A DNA stretch of 64,000 nucleotides, taken from NCBI RefSeq assembly GCF_002854065.1, contig NZ_CP024147.1. One strand, given 5' to 3'. Origin of the DNA: Escherichia coli (lineage in GTDB: Bacteria > Pseudomonadota > Gammaproteobacteria > Enterobacterales > Enterobacteriaceae). The position numbers were made by a program, and so were the translations under genes. Below the pieces are notes generated by a model, which did no database searches, was not told the origin of the DNA, and saw only the letters and a list, made by a program, of their open reading frames with translations. This document shows, piece after piece, positions 35,087-46,881 of the stretch (position 1 is the first letter of the stretch; every line of letters starts with the position of its first letter).

Positions 35087-35219
35087 TATTTGCCCCTGGG
35101 GTTAATGCGCTAAGCATAAGGGCGGATGATAGCACTCGTGATCCGGGTCATACATCTTTTTATAGTTAATGGCGCGGCGCATTACCCTCAGGCAGGATAA
35201 TGCGCCGCGCATCCGACTA

Positions 35220-36605
35220 TTACGTTTCGCTCACTGGCGTTCTGTCACCTTCGTACAGCGGCACTTTGCGATAGCGGCGGATCAGATACCACAAATATGC
35301 GCCGCCTAACGAAGCCCATACCAGACCGAGTGTCAGTGACGTTGACTCGAGGTTAACCCACAGCACACCCACCGTCAGCGCGCCAACCAGCGGCATCAGC
35401 AAATAGTGGAAGTGATCCTTCCAGCTTTTATTCATTCCTTTGCGCCGCCAGAAATGATTAAACACCGACAGATTCACGAAGGTAAACGCCACCAGAGCAC
35501 CGAAGTTAATTAACGCTGTGGCGGTAACTAAATCGAAGAACAGCGCCGACAACGCGACAATCCCGACCATAATGACGTTCAGTGCCGGAGTCCGCCATTT
35601 TGGGTGCACATAGCCAAACACGCGCTCCGGAAACACATTGTCACGCCCCATCACATACAGCAGACGCGACACGCTGGCATGTGAAGCCAGGCCAGAGGCT
35701 AACGTGTTCACAAACGTGGTGCAGAGGAAAATCGACTGGAAGAGCTTGCCGCCGACGTACAGCGCAATTTCAGGCAGTGCGGCGTCCGGGTCTTTAAAGC
35801 GGCTGATATCGGGGAAGAACAGCTGCATAAAGAACGACGCCGCGATAAAGATAACGCCACCATAGACCGCCGTCAGGAAGATGGCTTTCGGGATCACGCG
35901 TGCGGCGTCTGGTGTCTCTTCCGAAAGTGTGGTCACCGCATCGAAACCAAGGAAAGAGAAGCAGACGATCGTCGCCCCGGTAATAATCGGAATCAGATGC
36001 GCGTTCTCGCTGATAAACGGCTGAAGTGACCAGACGGTGCCAACGCCTTCTCCTTTATGCAGTCCCTGAACCACCAGGAAGATAAACACCACCATGATGG
36101 AGATTTGCACCAGTACAAACAGGGTATTGAAGTTAGCGACCAGGTTGACGCTCTTCAGATTCGCGGCGGTTAAAATGGCGACGAAGGTTACCACCCACAC
36201 CCACGGCGGCACTTCCGGGAAGAGGGCGGAGAGATAGATTTTCGCCAACAAAACGTTGATCATCGGCAAAAAGAGATAATCCAGCAGTGATGACCAGCCG
36301 ACCATAAATCCGACGTGCGGGTTAATCGACTTTTGCGCGTAGGTATAGGCCGAACCGGCCTCCGGAAACTGGCGAACCAGTTTGCCGTAGCTGATAGCGG
36401 TAAACAGCACGCCCGCCAGCGCCAGCAAATAGGACGCCGGAACGTGACCGTCGCTAATGCCGGAGACAATACCAAAAGTATCAAATACGGTCATCGGCGT
36501 GAGATAGGCCAGACCCATCATCACCACCTGCCACAATTTCAGTGATTTTCGCAGACGGGTTTTGCCGGGTTGCGCGGCAATATTCAGTGGTGAATTAATA
36601 GCCAT
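35220..36605 (-). CDS. puuP: Putrescine:H+ symporter (APC family)
   Basis: 461-aa product from the Met at 36605 ([15 protein letters not shown]...); 12-TMS amino-acid permease. Confidence 0.9.
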   Translation of the reverse strand: MAINSPLNIAAQPGKTRLRKSLKLWQVVMMGLAYLTPMTVFDTFGIVSGISDGHVPASYLLALAGVLFTAISYGKLVRQFPEAGSAYTYAQKSINPHVGFMVGWSSLLDYLFLPMINVLLAKIYLSALFPEVPPWVWVVTFVAILTAANLKSVNLVANFNTLFVLVQISIMVVFIFLVVQGLHKGEGVGTVWSLQPFISENAHLIPIITGATIVCFSFLGFDAVTTLSEETPDAARVIPKAIFLTAVYGGVIFIAASFFMQLFFPDISRFKDPDAALPEIALYVGGKLFQSIFLCTTFVNTLASGLASHASVSRLLYVMGRDNVFPERVFGYVHPKWRTPALNVIMVGIVALSALFFDLVTATALINFGALVAFTFVNLSVFNHFWRRKGMNKSWKDHFHYLLMPLVGALTVGVLWVNLESTSLTLGLVWASLGGAYLWYLIRRYRKVPLYEGDRTPVSET

Positions 36606-38323
36606 AATTGCTGCCTCCCCTGCGTAATAAGGTTTGCGGTCGTGTCGACCTGAAATCAAACCTGTTTAGCAAGGGAAGCAAAGGGGGCGGAGTCCAGTCA
36701 GTCGCAGGAGGGGCGCATACGCAGCCTCCCTCGCCATGCGGGGATTTAATCATCGGCATCATCTCATTTCCTCGTCACAGTCTTAATCGTTAACGGAAGC
36801 CCGTTGCCGCCTGCGCTCCATAACGCGACATCCGGGAAATGTCTGGATTACCAGCAAATGTCAGGCCTGGCTCCGCTCAGGCCGATGAAACAACCCCGCA
36901 AGGGGTATTACGCGTTTTTCAACATCCACTCAATTTCTGTTTCTGTGATGAGGCGCTCAAACTGCAACAGCTCATCATTTTTACAGGCGTGATACACATG
37001 GCAAAACCGTTCGCCTAAATAGCGGCGCAGGTGATCATTCTCGATAAACTCACCCAGGGCATCGCTCTGGCGAATCGGGAAGGGTAAGCCATCCTGTTCC
37101 AGCCCGTTGCCTTCGACTTCTTCCTGCAACGGCAGCTCGTTATCAAGACCGTGCAAAATACCGGCAAAAATCGCTGCCATCACCAGATATGGGTTGGCAT
37201 CGGCACCCGCCACGCGATATTCCACGCGGTGATTATGGCGATCGCCGCATGGAATACGCAGGGCGACGGTACGGTTATTATGGCCCCACGACGCCTGCGT
37301 CGGTACATACATACCTGGCTGGAAGCGGCGATACGAGTTCACGTTTGGTGCCAGCAACGCCATTGATGACGGCATCAGGTCAATCATCCCGGCGAGCATC
37401 TTTTTCAGCAGCGGCGAATCTTCGCCTTCTGTGTCAGAAAGCACGTTCTCGCCACGATTATTTTGCATACTGATATGGATATGCATTCCGCTGCCCGCGT
37501 GCTCTTCATACGGCTTCGCCATAAAAGTGGCGTGCATCTTATGCTTTTCTGCCATCAGACGCACCAGGCGTTTTAGTGCCAGCGCATCATCGCAGGCTTC
37601 CAGCACGTTATCAGTATGGTAAAGGTTGATTTCAAACTGACCCGGCGAGGCCTCAGCGACCGCGCCATCTGCCGGAATCAGCTGTAACTGCGCCAGTTCA
37701 TCAATATCATTGAGCACGTCGGCGAAGTGGTTGAGGTTATCAACGGAGTAAACCTGGCTTTGTGTATTGCGGTCATCAGTGCCGGGCGCGCAGGGCGGTT
37801 GCAGATACCCTTCAGCGTCGCGCTGGCGATCCAGTAAATAGAACTCCAGCTCTACCGCTACGACCGGGAACAATCCGCGCTGGCGCAGCTGCTGCCACAG
37901 GCGGTTAAGAACGTTCCGCGGCTCAACGTCAAAGGGAGCGCCATCTTCATCGACCATGGTCAGGAGCATCTGACCGATAAACTCTGGATCGGCGGCAGAA
38001 GGGGTTAAGGAACCGAGAACAGGAACACAGGTACGATCCGGCTCGCCCATTTCCTGACCCAGACCTGCTTCTTCTACTACGTTGCCCAGAATATCCATTG
38101 CAAATACCGAGGCCGGGAAATAACACCCTTTCTCGAGCTTCTTCAGGCTTGAAACAGGAATACGTTTTCCACGGAAGCAACCATTCAAATCGGTAAGTAA
38201 AACATCAACATATTGCGTATTCGGGTAGCGCTCCAGGTAGCGTTTCACTTCCTGCGTAAAGGCGCTACCCCGCCTCTCTTCTGACTGCTGAACAAAGTTC
38301 TCTACTTCGGTAATGACTCCAAC

Positions 38324-38827
38324 TTATTGATAGTGTTTTATGTTCAGATAATGCCCGATGACTTTGTCATGCAGCTCCACCGATTTTGAGAACGACAGCG
38401 ACTTCCGTCCCAGCCGTGCCAGGTGCTGCCTCAGATTCAGGTTATGCCGCTCAATTCGCTGCGTATATCGCTTGCTGATTACGTGCAGCTTTCCCTTCAG
38501 GCGGGATTCATACAGCGGCCAGCCATCCGTCATCCATATCACCACGTCAAAGGGTGACAGCAGGCTCATAAGACGCCCCAGCGTCGCCATAGTGCGTTCA
38601 CCGAATACGTGCGCAACAACCGTCTTCCGGAGCCTGTCATACGCGTAAAACAGCCAGCGCTGGCGCGATTTAGCCCCGACGTATCCCCACTGTTCGTCCA
38701 TTTCCGCGCAGACGATGACGTCACTGCCCGGCTGTATGCGCGAGGTTACCGACTGCGGCCTGAGTTTTTTAAATGGCGGAAAATCGTGTTGAGGCCAACG
38801 CCCATAATGCGGGCGGTTGCCCGGCAT
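38324..38827 (-). CDS. insB: IS1 InsB
   Basis: Translation identical to the InsB at 3355..3858. Confidence 0.9.
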   Translation of the reverse strand: MPGNRPHYGRWPQHDFPPFKKLRPQSVTSRIQPGSDVIVCAEMDEQWGYVGAKSRQRWLFYAYDRLRKTVVAHVFGERTMATLGRLMSLLSPFDVVIWMTDGWPLYESRLKGKLHVISKRYTQRIERHNLNLRQHLARLGRKSLSFSKSVELHDKVIGHYLNIKHYQ

Positions 38828-39021
38828 CCAACGCCATTCATGGCCATATCAATGATTTTCTGGTGCGTACCGGGTTGAGAAGCGGTGTAAGTGAACTGCA
38901 GTTGCCATGTTTTACGGCAGTGAGAGCAGAGATAGCGCTGATGTCCGGCAGTGCTTTTGCCGTTACGCACCACCCCGTCAGTAGCTGAACAGGAGGGACA
39001 GCTGATAGAAACAGAAGCCAC
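38746..39021 (-). CDS. insA: IS1 InsA
   Basis: Translation identical to the InsA at 3161..3436. Confidence 0.9.
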   Translation of the reverse strand: MASVSISCPSCSATDGVVRNGKSTAGHQRYLCSHCRKTWQLQFTYTASQPGTHQKIIDMAMNGVGCRATARIMGVGLNTIFRHLKNSGRSR

Positions 39022-39314
39022 TGGAGCACCTCAAAAACACCATCATACACTAAATCAGTAAGTTGGCAGCATCACCCTCTACTTCAACGATATTGGTTTC
39101 CATGATTCTTCGCCTTTGGTTTGTTTTCCGCTCGTTATCAAAGCGTAAAATATAATGACCACCATTCGAATCTGTATGCAAACTAAATGTTTGTCAAATG
39201 TTAAATTGAGTTTGCAAAAATGAAAACTCACTGCTAGATTGAAAAAATATTGAACATAAAGGTCATTTAAACCGCAGTAATGGCGATAATTTAGTCCACT
39301 TTGTGAGATTGAGC

Positions 39315-40079
39315 ATGGAAAATATAATGAACAATCCGGTTATCGGTGTCGTAATGTGCAGGAACAGGCTTAAGGGTCATGCGACCCAGACTCTGCAAGA
39401 AAAGTACCTGAATGCCATCATCCATGCAGGCGGCTTGCCAATTGCGCTGCCACATGCGCTGGCGGAACCGTCGTTACTTGAACAACTTTTGCCGAAACTC
39501 GATGGCATTTACCTTCCTGGTAGTCCCAGCAATGTGCAGCCGCACCTATATGGTGAAAACGGCGATGAGCCTGACGCCGATCCCGGGCGTGATCTTCTGA
39601 GCATGGCGTTAATTAATGCCGCACTCGAAAGGCGCATCCCCATTTTCGCCATCTGCCGGGGTTTACAGGAACTGGTGGTGGCAACCGGTGGTTCGTTGCA
39701 TCGCAAGCTGTGCGAACAGCCTGAATTGCTGGAACATCGGGAAGATCCCGAACTGCCGGTGGAACAGCAATATGCACCGTCGCATGAAGTTCAGGTTGAA
39801 GAGGGGGGATTGCTGTCTGCGTTGTTACCTGAATGTAGCAACTTTTGGGTAAACTCTCTGCATGGACAAGGGGCAAAGGTCGTTAGCCCACGGTTGCGTG
39901 TTGAAGCTCGCTCGCCGGATGGCTTAGTTGAGGCGGTTAGCGTCATCAATCATCCTTTTGCGCTGGGCGTACAGTGGCACCCGGAATGGAACAGTAGCGA
40001 GTACGCGCTTTCGCGTATATTGTTCGAGGGCTTTATCACCGCTTGTCAGCACCATATCGCTGAAAAACAGCGACTCTGA
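39315..40079 (+). CDS. puuD: gamma-Glutamyl-GABA hydrolase (class I glutamine amidotransferase-like)
   Basis: 254-aa product from ATG 39315 (MENIMNNPVIGVV...); catalytic Cys in AICRGLQ. Confidence 0.9.
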   Translation: MENIMNNPVIGVVMCRNRLKGHATQTLQEKYLNAIIHAGGLPIALPHALAEPSLLEQLLPKLDGIYLPGSPSNVQPHLYGENGDEPDADPGRDLLSMALINAALERRIPIFAICRGLQELVVATGGSLHRKLCEQPELLEHREDPELPVEQQYAPSHEVQVEEGGLLSALLPECSNFWVNSLHGQGAKVVSPRLRVEARSPDGLVEAVSVINHPFALGVQWHPEWNSSEYALSRILFEGFITACQHHIAEKQRL

Positions 40080-40105
40080 CCACTACAGTTTAAGGAAATG
40101 CAAAT

Positions 40106-40663
40106 ATGAGTGATGAGGGACTGGCGCCAGGAAAACGCTTGTCGGAAATCCGCCAGCAGCAGGGGCTTTCACAACGTCGTGCCGCCGAACTCTCCGGGCT
40201 GACTCACAGTGCTATCAGTACGATAGAACAAGATAAAGTCAGCCCTGCCATCAGTACGCTGCAAAAGCTGCTGAAGGTGTATGGTCTGTCACTCTCGGAA
40301 TTCTTTTCCGAGCCGGAAAAACCTGATGAGCCGCAGGTCGTCATTAATCAGGACGATTTAATTGAGATGGGCAATCAGGGTGTGTCAATGAAGCTGGTTC
40401 ATAACGGTAAGCCGAATCGCACGCTGGCGATGATCTTTGAAACGTACCAGCCGGGCACAACCACTGGGGAAAGAATTAAGCATCAGGGTGAGGAAATAGG
40501 CACTGTACTGGAAGGTGAAATTGTTCTGACGATTAATGGTCAGGATTACCACCTCGTCGCGGGGCAAAGTTATGCCATTAATACCGGCATCCCGCACAGT
40601 TTCAGTAATACGTCGGCAGGTATTTGCCGAATTATCAGCGCCCATACGCCCACCACGTTTTAA
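40106..40663 (+). CDS. puuR: Repressor of the puu operon (helix-turn-helix plus cupin)
   Basis: 185-aa ORF with XRE-type helix-turn-helix N-terminus. Confidence 0.9.
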   Translation: MSDEGLAPGKRLSEIRQQQGLSQRRAAELSGLTHSAISTIEQDKVSPAISTLQKLLKVYGLSLSEFFSEPEKPDEPQVVINQDDLIEMGNQGVSMKLVHNGKPNRTLAMIFETYQPGTTTGERIKHQGEEIGTVLEGEIVLTINGQDYHLVAGQSYAINTGIPHSFSNTSAGICRIISAHTPTTF

Positions 40664-40812
40664 TCTTTTTGTTCTGTAAGCCGGGTAAGCGCAATGCGCC
40701 CGGCAATCCATAAAGAATGTCGCCAGAAATAAACGGGCATACGGCCCGGGGATCTCTGCGCCCTGACGTTCACAAACTGCATATATCTGATAGACGTGAA
40801 ACAGGAGTCATA

Positions 40813-42300
40813 ATGAATTTTCATCATCTGGCTTACTGGCAGGATAAAGCGTTAAGTCTCGCCATTGAAACCCGCTTATTTATTAACGGTGAATATACTG
40901 CTGCGGCGGAAAATGAAACCTTCGAAACATCCGATCCGGTTACCCAGGCACCGCTGGCGAAAATTGCCCGCGGCAAGAGCGTCGATATCGACCGTGCGGT
41001 GAGCGCAGCACGCGGCGTATTTGAACGCGGCGACTGGTCACTCTCTTCTCCGGCTAAACGTAAAGCGGTACTGAATAAACTCGCCGATTTAATGGAAGCC
41101 AACGCCGAAGAGCTGGCACTGCTGGAAACTCTCGACACCGGCAAACCGATTCGTCACAGTCTGCGTGATGATATTCCCGGCGCGGCGCGCGCCATTCGCT
41201 GGTACGCCGAAGCGATCGACAAAGTGTATGGCGAAGTGGCGACCACCAGTAGCCATGAGCTGGCGATGATCGTGCGTGAACCGGTCGGCGTAATTGCCGC
41301 CATCGTGCCGTGGAACTTCCCGCTGCTGCTGACTTGCTGGAAACTCGGCCCGGCGCTGGCGGCGGGAAACAGCGTGATTCTAAAACCGTCTGAAAAATCA
41401 CCGCTCAGTGCGATTCGTCTCGCCGGGCTGGCGAAAGAAGCAGGTCTGCCGGATGGCGTACTGAACGTAGTAACGGGTTTTGGTCATGAAGCGGGGCAGG
41501 CGCTGTCGCGTCATAACGATATCGATGCCATCGCCTTTACCGGTTCAACCCGTACCGGGAAACAGCTGCTGAAAGATGCGGGCGACAGCAACATGAAACG
41601 CGTCTGGCTGGAAGCGGGCGGCAAAAGCGCCAACATCGTTTTCGCTGACTGCCCGGATTTGCAACAGGCGGCAAGCGCCACCGCAGCAGGCATCTTCTAC
41701 AACCAGGGTCAGGTGTGCATCGCCGGAACGCGCCTGTTGCTGGAAGAGAGCATAGCTGATGAATTCTTAGCCCTGTTAAAACAGCAGGCGCAAAACTGGC
41801 AGCCGGGCCATCCACTTGATCCCGCAACCACCATGGGCACCTTAATCGACTGCGCCCACGCCGACTCGGTCCATAGCTTTATTCGGGAAGGCGAAAGCAA
41901 AGGGCAACTGTTGTTGGATGGCCGTAACGCCGGGCTGGCTGCCGCCATCGGCCCGACCATCTTTGTGGATGTAGACCCGAATGCGTCCTTAAGCCGCGAA
42001 GAGATTTTCGGTCCGGTGCTGGTTGTCACGCGTTTCACATCAGAAGAACAGGCGCTACAGCTTGCCAACGACAGCCAGTACGGCCTTGGCGCGGCGGTAT
42101 GGACGCGCGACCTCTCCCGCGCGCACCGCCTGAGCCGACGCCTGAAAGCCGGTTCCGTCTTCGTCAATAACTACAACGACGGCGATATGACCGTGCCGTT
42201 TGGCGGCTATAAGCAGAGCGGCAACGGTCGCGACAAATCCCTGCATGCCCTTGAAAAATTCACCGAACTGAAAACCATCTGGATAAGCCTGGAGGCCTGA
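40813..42300 (+). CDS. puuC: gamma-Glutamyl-gamma-aminobutyraldehyde dehydrogenase
   Basis: 495-aa product from ATG 40813 (MNFHHLAYWQDKA...); aldehyde dehydrogenase family with catalytic Cys (QGQVCIAGTR). Confidence 0.9.
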   Translation: MNFHHLAYWQDKALSLAIETRLFINGEYTAAAENETFETSDPVTQAPLAKIARGKSVDIDRAVSAARGVFERGDWSLSSPAKRKAVLNKLADLMEANAEELALLETLDTGKPIRHSLRDDIPGAARAIRWYAEAIDKVYGEVATTSSHELAMIVREPVGVIAAIVPWNFPLLLTCWKLGPALAAGNSVILKPSEKSPLSAIRLAGLAKEAGLPDGVLNVVTGFGHEAGQALSRHNDIDAIAFTGSTRTGKQLLKDAGDSNMKRVWLEAGGKSANIVFADCPDLQQAASATAAGIFYNQGQVCIAGTRLLLEESIADEFLALLKQQAQNWQPGHPLDPATTMGTLIDCAHADSVHSFIREGESKGQLLLDGRNAGLAAAIGPTIFVDVDPNASLSREEIFGPVLVVTRFTSEEQALQLANDSQYGLGAAVWTRDLSRAHRLSRRLKAGSVFVNNYNDGDMTVPFGGYKQSGNGRDKSLHALEKFTELKTIWISLEA

Positions 42301-42301
42301 A

Positions 42302-43582
42302 ATGACCGAACATACCAGCAGTTATTACGCCGCCAGTGCGAATAAATACACGCCATTCGACACGCTGAATGAGTCAATCACCTGCGACGTTTGCGTGGTC
42401 GGCGGCGGCTATACCGGGCTGTCTTCCGCGCTACATCTGGCGGAAGCGGGCTTTGACGTAGTGGTTCTCGAAGCCTCACGCATCGGCTTTGGCGCCAGCG
42501 GACGCAACGGCGGACAGCTTGTGAACTCCTACAGCCGCGACATTGACGTGATCGAAAAAAGCTACGGCATGGACACCGCCCGTATGCTCGGCAGCATGAT
42601 GTTTGAGGGTGGTGAGATCATCCGCGAACGTATCAAACGTTATCAGATTGACTGCGACTACCGCCCCGGCGGTCTGTTTGTGGCGATGAATGATAAACAG
42701 CTCGCCACACTTGAAGAGCAGAAAGAGAACTGGGAACGCTACGGCAATAAACAGCTGGAGATGCTGGACGCCAACGCCATTCGCCGCGAGGTCGCCAGCG
42801 ATCGCTACACTGGTGCGCTGCTGGATCACAGCGGCGGGCATATTCACCCGCTGAACCTCGCCATTGGTGAAGCCGATGCCATTCGTCTCAACGGCGGACG
42901 TGTGTATGAGCTTTCTGCGGTGACGCAGATCCAGCACACCACGCCCGCCGTGGTGCGTACTACCAAAGGCCAGGTGACGGCGAAGTATGTGATTGTCGCC
43001 GGGAATGCGTACCTGGGCGATAAAGTGGAGCCGGAACTGGCGAAGCGTAGTATGCCGTGCGGCACGCAGGTGATCACCACTGAGCGGCTGTCAGAAGATT
43101 TAGCCCGTTCGCTGATCCCGAAAAACTACTGTGTGGAAGACTGTAACTATCTGCTTGATTACTACCGTCTTACCGCCGACAACCGTTTGCTGTACGGCGG
43201 CGGCGTGGTGTACGGCGCGCGCGACCCGGATGACGTTGAGCGTCTTGTGGTGCCGAAACTGCTGAAAACCTTCCCGCAGTTGAAGGGCGTGAAAATCGAC
43301 TATCGCTGGACGGGCAACTTCCTGCTGACCCTGTCGCGTATGCCGCAGTTCGGTCGCCTCGATACCAACATCTATTACATGCAGGGTTACAGCGGCCACG
43401 GCGTCACCTGTACTCATCTTGCCGGACGTTTGATTGCCGAACTGCTGCGCGGCGACGCCGAACGTTTCGACGCCTTCGCCAATCTGCCGCATTACCCGTT
43501 CCCCGGCGGGCGCACGCTGCGTGTGCCGTTTACCGCGATGGGCGCGGCTTATTACAGCCTGCGCGATCGTCTGGGCGTTTAA
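42302..43582 (+). CDS. puuB: gamma-Glutamylputrescine oxidase (FAD)
   Basis: 426-aa ORF with FAD dinucleotide-binding motif (VCVVGGGYTG). Confidence 0.9.
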   Translation: MTEHTSSYYAASANKYTPFDTLNESITCDVCVVGGGYTGLSSALHLAEAGFDVVVLEASRIGFGASGRNGGQLVNSYSRDIDVIEKSYGMDTARMLGSMMFEGGEIIRERIKRYQIDCDYRPGGLFVAMNDKQLATLEEQKENWERYGNKQLEMLDANAIRREVASDRYTGALLDHSGGHIHPLNLAIGEADAIRLNGGRVYELSAVTQIQHTTPAVVRTTKGQVTAKYVIVAGNAYLGDKVEPELAKRSMPCGTQVITTERLSEDLARSLIPKNYCVEDCNYLLDYYRLTADNRLLYGGGVVYGARDPDDVERLVVPKLLKTFPQLKGVKIDYRWTGNFLLTLSRMPQFGRLDTNIYYMQGYSGHGVTCTHLAGRLIAELLRGDAERFDAFANLPHYPFPGGRTLRVPFTAMGAAYYSLRDRLGV

Positions 43583-43619
43583 TTTCCGATTAACAGTGAA
43601 GAGTCAAAAGGTGTGAAAC

Positions 43620-44885
43620 ATGAGCAACAATGAATTCCATCAGCGTCGTCTTTCTGCCACCCCGCGCGGGGTTGGCGTGATGTGTAACTTCTTCGCCCAG
43701 TCGGCAGAAAACGCCACGCTTAAGGATGTTGAGGGCAACGAGTACATCGATTTCGCCGCAGGCATTGCGGTGCTGAACACGGGGCATCGCCACCCTGAAT
43801 TGGTCGCGGCGGTGGAGCAGCAACTGCAACAGTTTACCCACACCGCGTACCAGATTGTGCCGTATGAAAGCTACGTCACCCTGGCGGAGAAAATCAACGC
43901 CCTTGCCCCGGTGAGCGGGCAGGCCAAAACCGCGTTCTTCACCACCGGTGCGGAAGGGGTGGAAAACGCGGTGAAAATCGCCCGCGCCCATACCGGACGC
44001 CCTGGCGTGATTGCGTTTAGCGGCGGCTTCCACGGTCGTACGTATATGACCATGGCGCTGACCGGAAAAGTTGCGCCGTACAAAATCGGCTTCGGCCCGT
44101 TCCCCGGTTCGGTGTATCACGTACCTTATCCGTCAGATTTACACGGCATTTCAACACAGGACTCCCTCGACGCCATCGAACGCTTGTTTAAATCAGACAT
44201 CGAAGCGAAGCAGGTCGCGGCCATTATTTTCGAACCGGTGCAGGGCGAGGGCGGTTTCAACGTTGCGCCAAAAGAGCTGGTTGCCGCCATTCGCCGCCTG
44301 TGCGACGAGCACGGCATTGTGATGATTGCTGATGAAGTGCAAAGCGGCTTTGCGCGTACCGGTAAGCTGTTTGCCATGGATCATTACGCCGATAAGCCGG
44401 ATTTAATGACGATGGCGAAAAGCCTCGCGGGCGGGATGCCGCTTTCGGGCGTGGTCGGTAACGCGAATATTATGGACGCACCCGCGCCGGGCGGGCTTGG
44501 CGGCACCTACGCCGGTAACCCGCTGGCGGTGGCTGCCGCGCACGCGGTGCTCAACATTATCGACAAAGAATCACTCTGCGAACGCGCGAATCAACTGGGC
44601 CAGCGTCTGACAAACACGCTGATTGATGCCAAAGAAAGCGTTCCGGCCATCGCGGCGGTACGCGGTCTGGGGTCTATGATTGCGGCAGAGTTTAACGATC
44701 CGCAAACGGGCGAGCCGTCAGCGGCGATTGCACAGAAAATCCAGCAACGCGCGCTGGCGCAGGGACTGCTTCTACTGACCTGTGGCGCATACGGCAACGT
44801 GATTCGTTTCCTGTATCCGCTGACCATCCCGGATGCGCAATTCGATGCGGCAATGAAAATTTTGCAGGATGCGCTGAGAGATTAA
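43620..44885 (+). CDS. puuE: 4-Aminobutyrate aminotransferase (PLP)
   Basis: 421-aa class-III aminotransferase (ADEVQSGFARTG). Confidence 0.9.
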   Translation: MSNNEFHQRRLSATPRGVGVMCNFFAQSAENATLKDVEGNEYIDFAAGIAVLNTGHRHPELVAAVEQQLQQFTHTAYQIVPYESYVTLAEKINALAPVSGQAKTAFFTTGAEGVENAVKIARAHTGRPGVIAFSGGFHGRTYMTMALTGKVAPYKIGFGPFPGSVYHVPYPSDLHGISTQDSLDAIERLFKSDIEAKQVAAIIFEPVQGEGGFNVAPKELVAAIRRLCDEHGIVMIADEVQSGFARTGKLFAMDHYADKPDLMTMAKSLAGGMPLSGVVGNANIMDAPAPGGLGGTYAGNPLAVAAAHAVLNIIDKESLCERANQLGQRLTNTLIDAKESVPAIAAVRGLGSMIAAEFNDPQTGEPSAAIAQKIQQRALAQGLLLLTCGAYGNVIRFLYPLTIPDAQFDAAMKILQDALRD

Positions 44886-44912
44886 TACGCAGAAGCAGGG
44901 GCAACGCAATAA

Positions 44913-44995
44913 TGCCTGATACGCTGCGCTTATCAGACCTGCAAACGACGTATTGATTATGTATGCCGGATAAGGCGTTCACGCCGCATCCGGCA
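44913..44995. repeat. REP-type extragenic palindromes (BIME-like pair)
   Basis: GCCGGATAAGGCGTTCACGCCGCATCCGGCA (44965-44995) and an adjacent REP-like palindrome (44913-44943) between convergent puuE and pspF. Confidence 0.6.
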
Positions 44996-45015
44996 AGTTG
45001 TATTGCCCAACTTCG

Positions 45016-45993
45016 CTAAATCTGGTGCTTTTTCAACAACGCGCGGAACTGATGATAGGTTAACCCCAGTAATTCAGCCGCGCGCTTCTGGTTATATTTC
45101 CCTTGTTGCAAACTGAGTTGCAGCAACTCTTTTTCCTGCTGCATCTGAAACTCACGTAAATCCAGCGGCAGTGTTGGAAGCGAGGTGGTTTCTGAAACGG
45201 CGATAGCGTCTTCAGGCGGACGCCGTTTAAAGGGATCAATAATGATGTCATCAAGCGGATAATCGCTGGTGCCGTGGCGATACACTGAACGTTCCACCAC
45301 GTTTTTCAATTCACGAATATTTCCCGGCCAGCGATAATTCAGCAATGTTTCTCTGGCGCGCTCCGTAAACCCCGGGAACAGAGGCAGCTTGATTTCCCGA
45401 CACATCTGAATGGCAAAGTGTTCTGCCATCAGCATAATGTCGCTTTCGCGCTCGCGCAGGGGCGGCAGTTGCACAACATCAAAAGCCAGGCGGTCGAGCA
45501 GGTCAGCGCGAAAAGTACCTTCATTGACCATCGCCGGGAGATCGGCATTCGTCGCGCATACCAACCGCACATTCACCTGCAACGGCTGGCTGCCGCCAAC
45601 GCGCTCCAGTTCACCGTACTCAATCACGCGCAATAATTTTTCCTGTACCATCATCGGTGCTGTAGCGAGTTCATCAAGAAATAGCGTACCGCCGTCGGCA
45701 CGTTCAAATCTTCCTGGATGACGTTTTTGCGCACCGGTAAACGCCCCCGCTTCGTGACCAAACAGTTCGGAATCCAGCAGATTTTCATTTAACGCCGCGC
45801 AGTTAAGGGAAATAAACGGCCCTTGCCAACGGGAGGAGAGATAATGCAGGCGGCTGGCGATCAGCTCTTTACCGGTGCCGCGCTCGCCGATGATGAGCAC
45901 AGGTTTGTCCAGCGGCGCGAGATGCGAAACCTGTTCCAGCACTTCGAGAAAGCTGTTCGCCTCACCGAGTAAATTATCTTTGTATTCTGCCAT
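45016..45993 (-). CDS. pspF: sigma54-dependent activator of the psp operon (AAA+ enhancer-binding protein)
   Basis: 325-aa product from the Met at 45993 (MAEYKDNLLGEANSF...); Walker A GERGTGKE and GAFTGA motif. Confidence 0.9.
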   Translation of the reverse strand: MAEYKDNLLGEANSFLEVLEQVSHLAPLDKPVLIIGERGTGKELIASRLHYLSSRWQGPFISLNCAALNENLLDSELFGHEAGAFTGAQKRHPGRFERADGGTLFLDELATAPMMVQEKLLRVIEYGELERVGGSQPLQVNVRLVCATNADLPAMVNEGTFRADLLDRLAFDVVQLPPLRERESDIMLMAEHFAIQMCREIKLPLFPGFTERARETLLNYRWPGNIRELKNVVERSVYRHGTSDYPLDDIIIDPFKRRPPEDAIAVSETTSLPTLPLDLREFQMQQEKELLQLSLQQGKYNQKRAAELLGLTYHQFRALLKKHQI

Positions 45994-46087
45994 GATGAAA
46001 TTCGCCACTTGTTAGTGTAATTCGCTAACTCATCCTGGCATGTTGCTGTTGATTCTTCAATCAGATCTTTATAAATCAAAAAGATAA

Positions 46088-46828
<741 letters not shown>

Positions 46829-46881
46829 TAACATCCAGGCGGCGTCCGAAAGCGCCGCCGCTCATCGTCTAAGGAGTACTT

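Larger units (their letters stand above)
38309..39076 (-). mobile_element. IS1 insertion sequence (768 bp), copy 2, inverted relative to copy 1
   Basis: Inverted repeats at both ends; 9-bp direct repeat CTCTACTTC at 38300-38308 and 39077-39085; InsA and InsB translations identical to copy 1. Confidence 0.95.
36908..39103 (-). pseudogene. puuA: gamma-Glutamylputrescine synthetase gene interrupted by IS1 after codon 9
   Basis: Codons 1-9 (METNIVEVE) lie at 39103..39077; IS1 occupies 39076..38309; the remaining frame (EVE NFVQQSEERRGS...) continues 38308..36908. The 9-bp duplication CTCTACTTC encodes E-V-E. Confidence 0.85.

Noticed and set aside
3106..39076. The IS1 pair as the ends of a composite transposon carrying the efflux locus
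   Set aside because: Each IS1 has its own matched target duplication, and the DNA between them is conserved core chromosome in K-12 order, so these are independent simple insertions.
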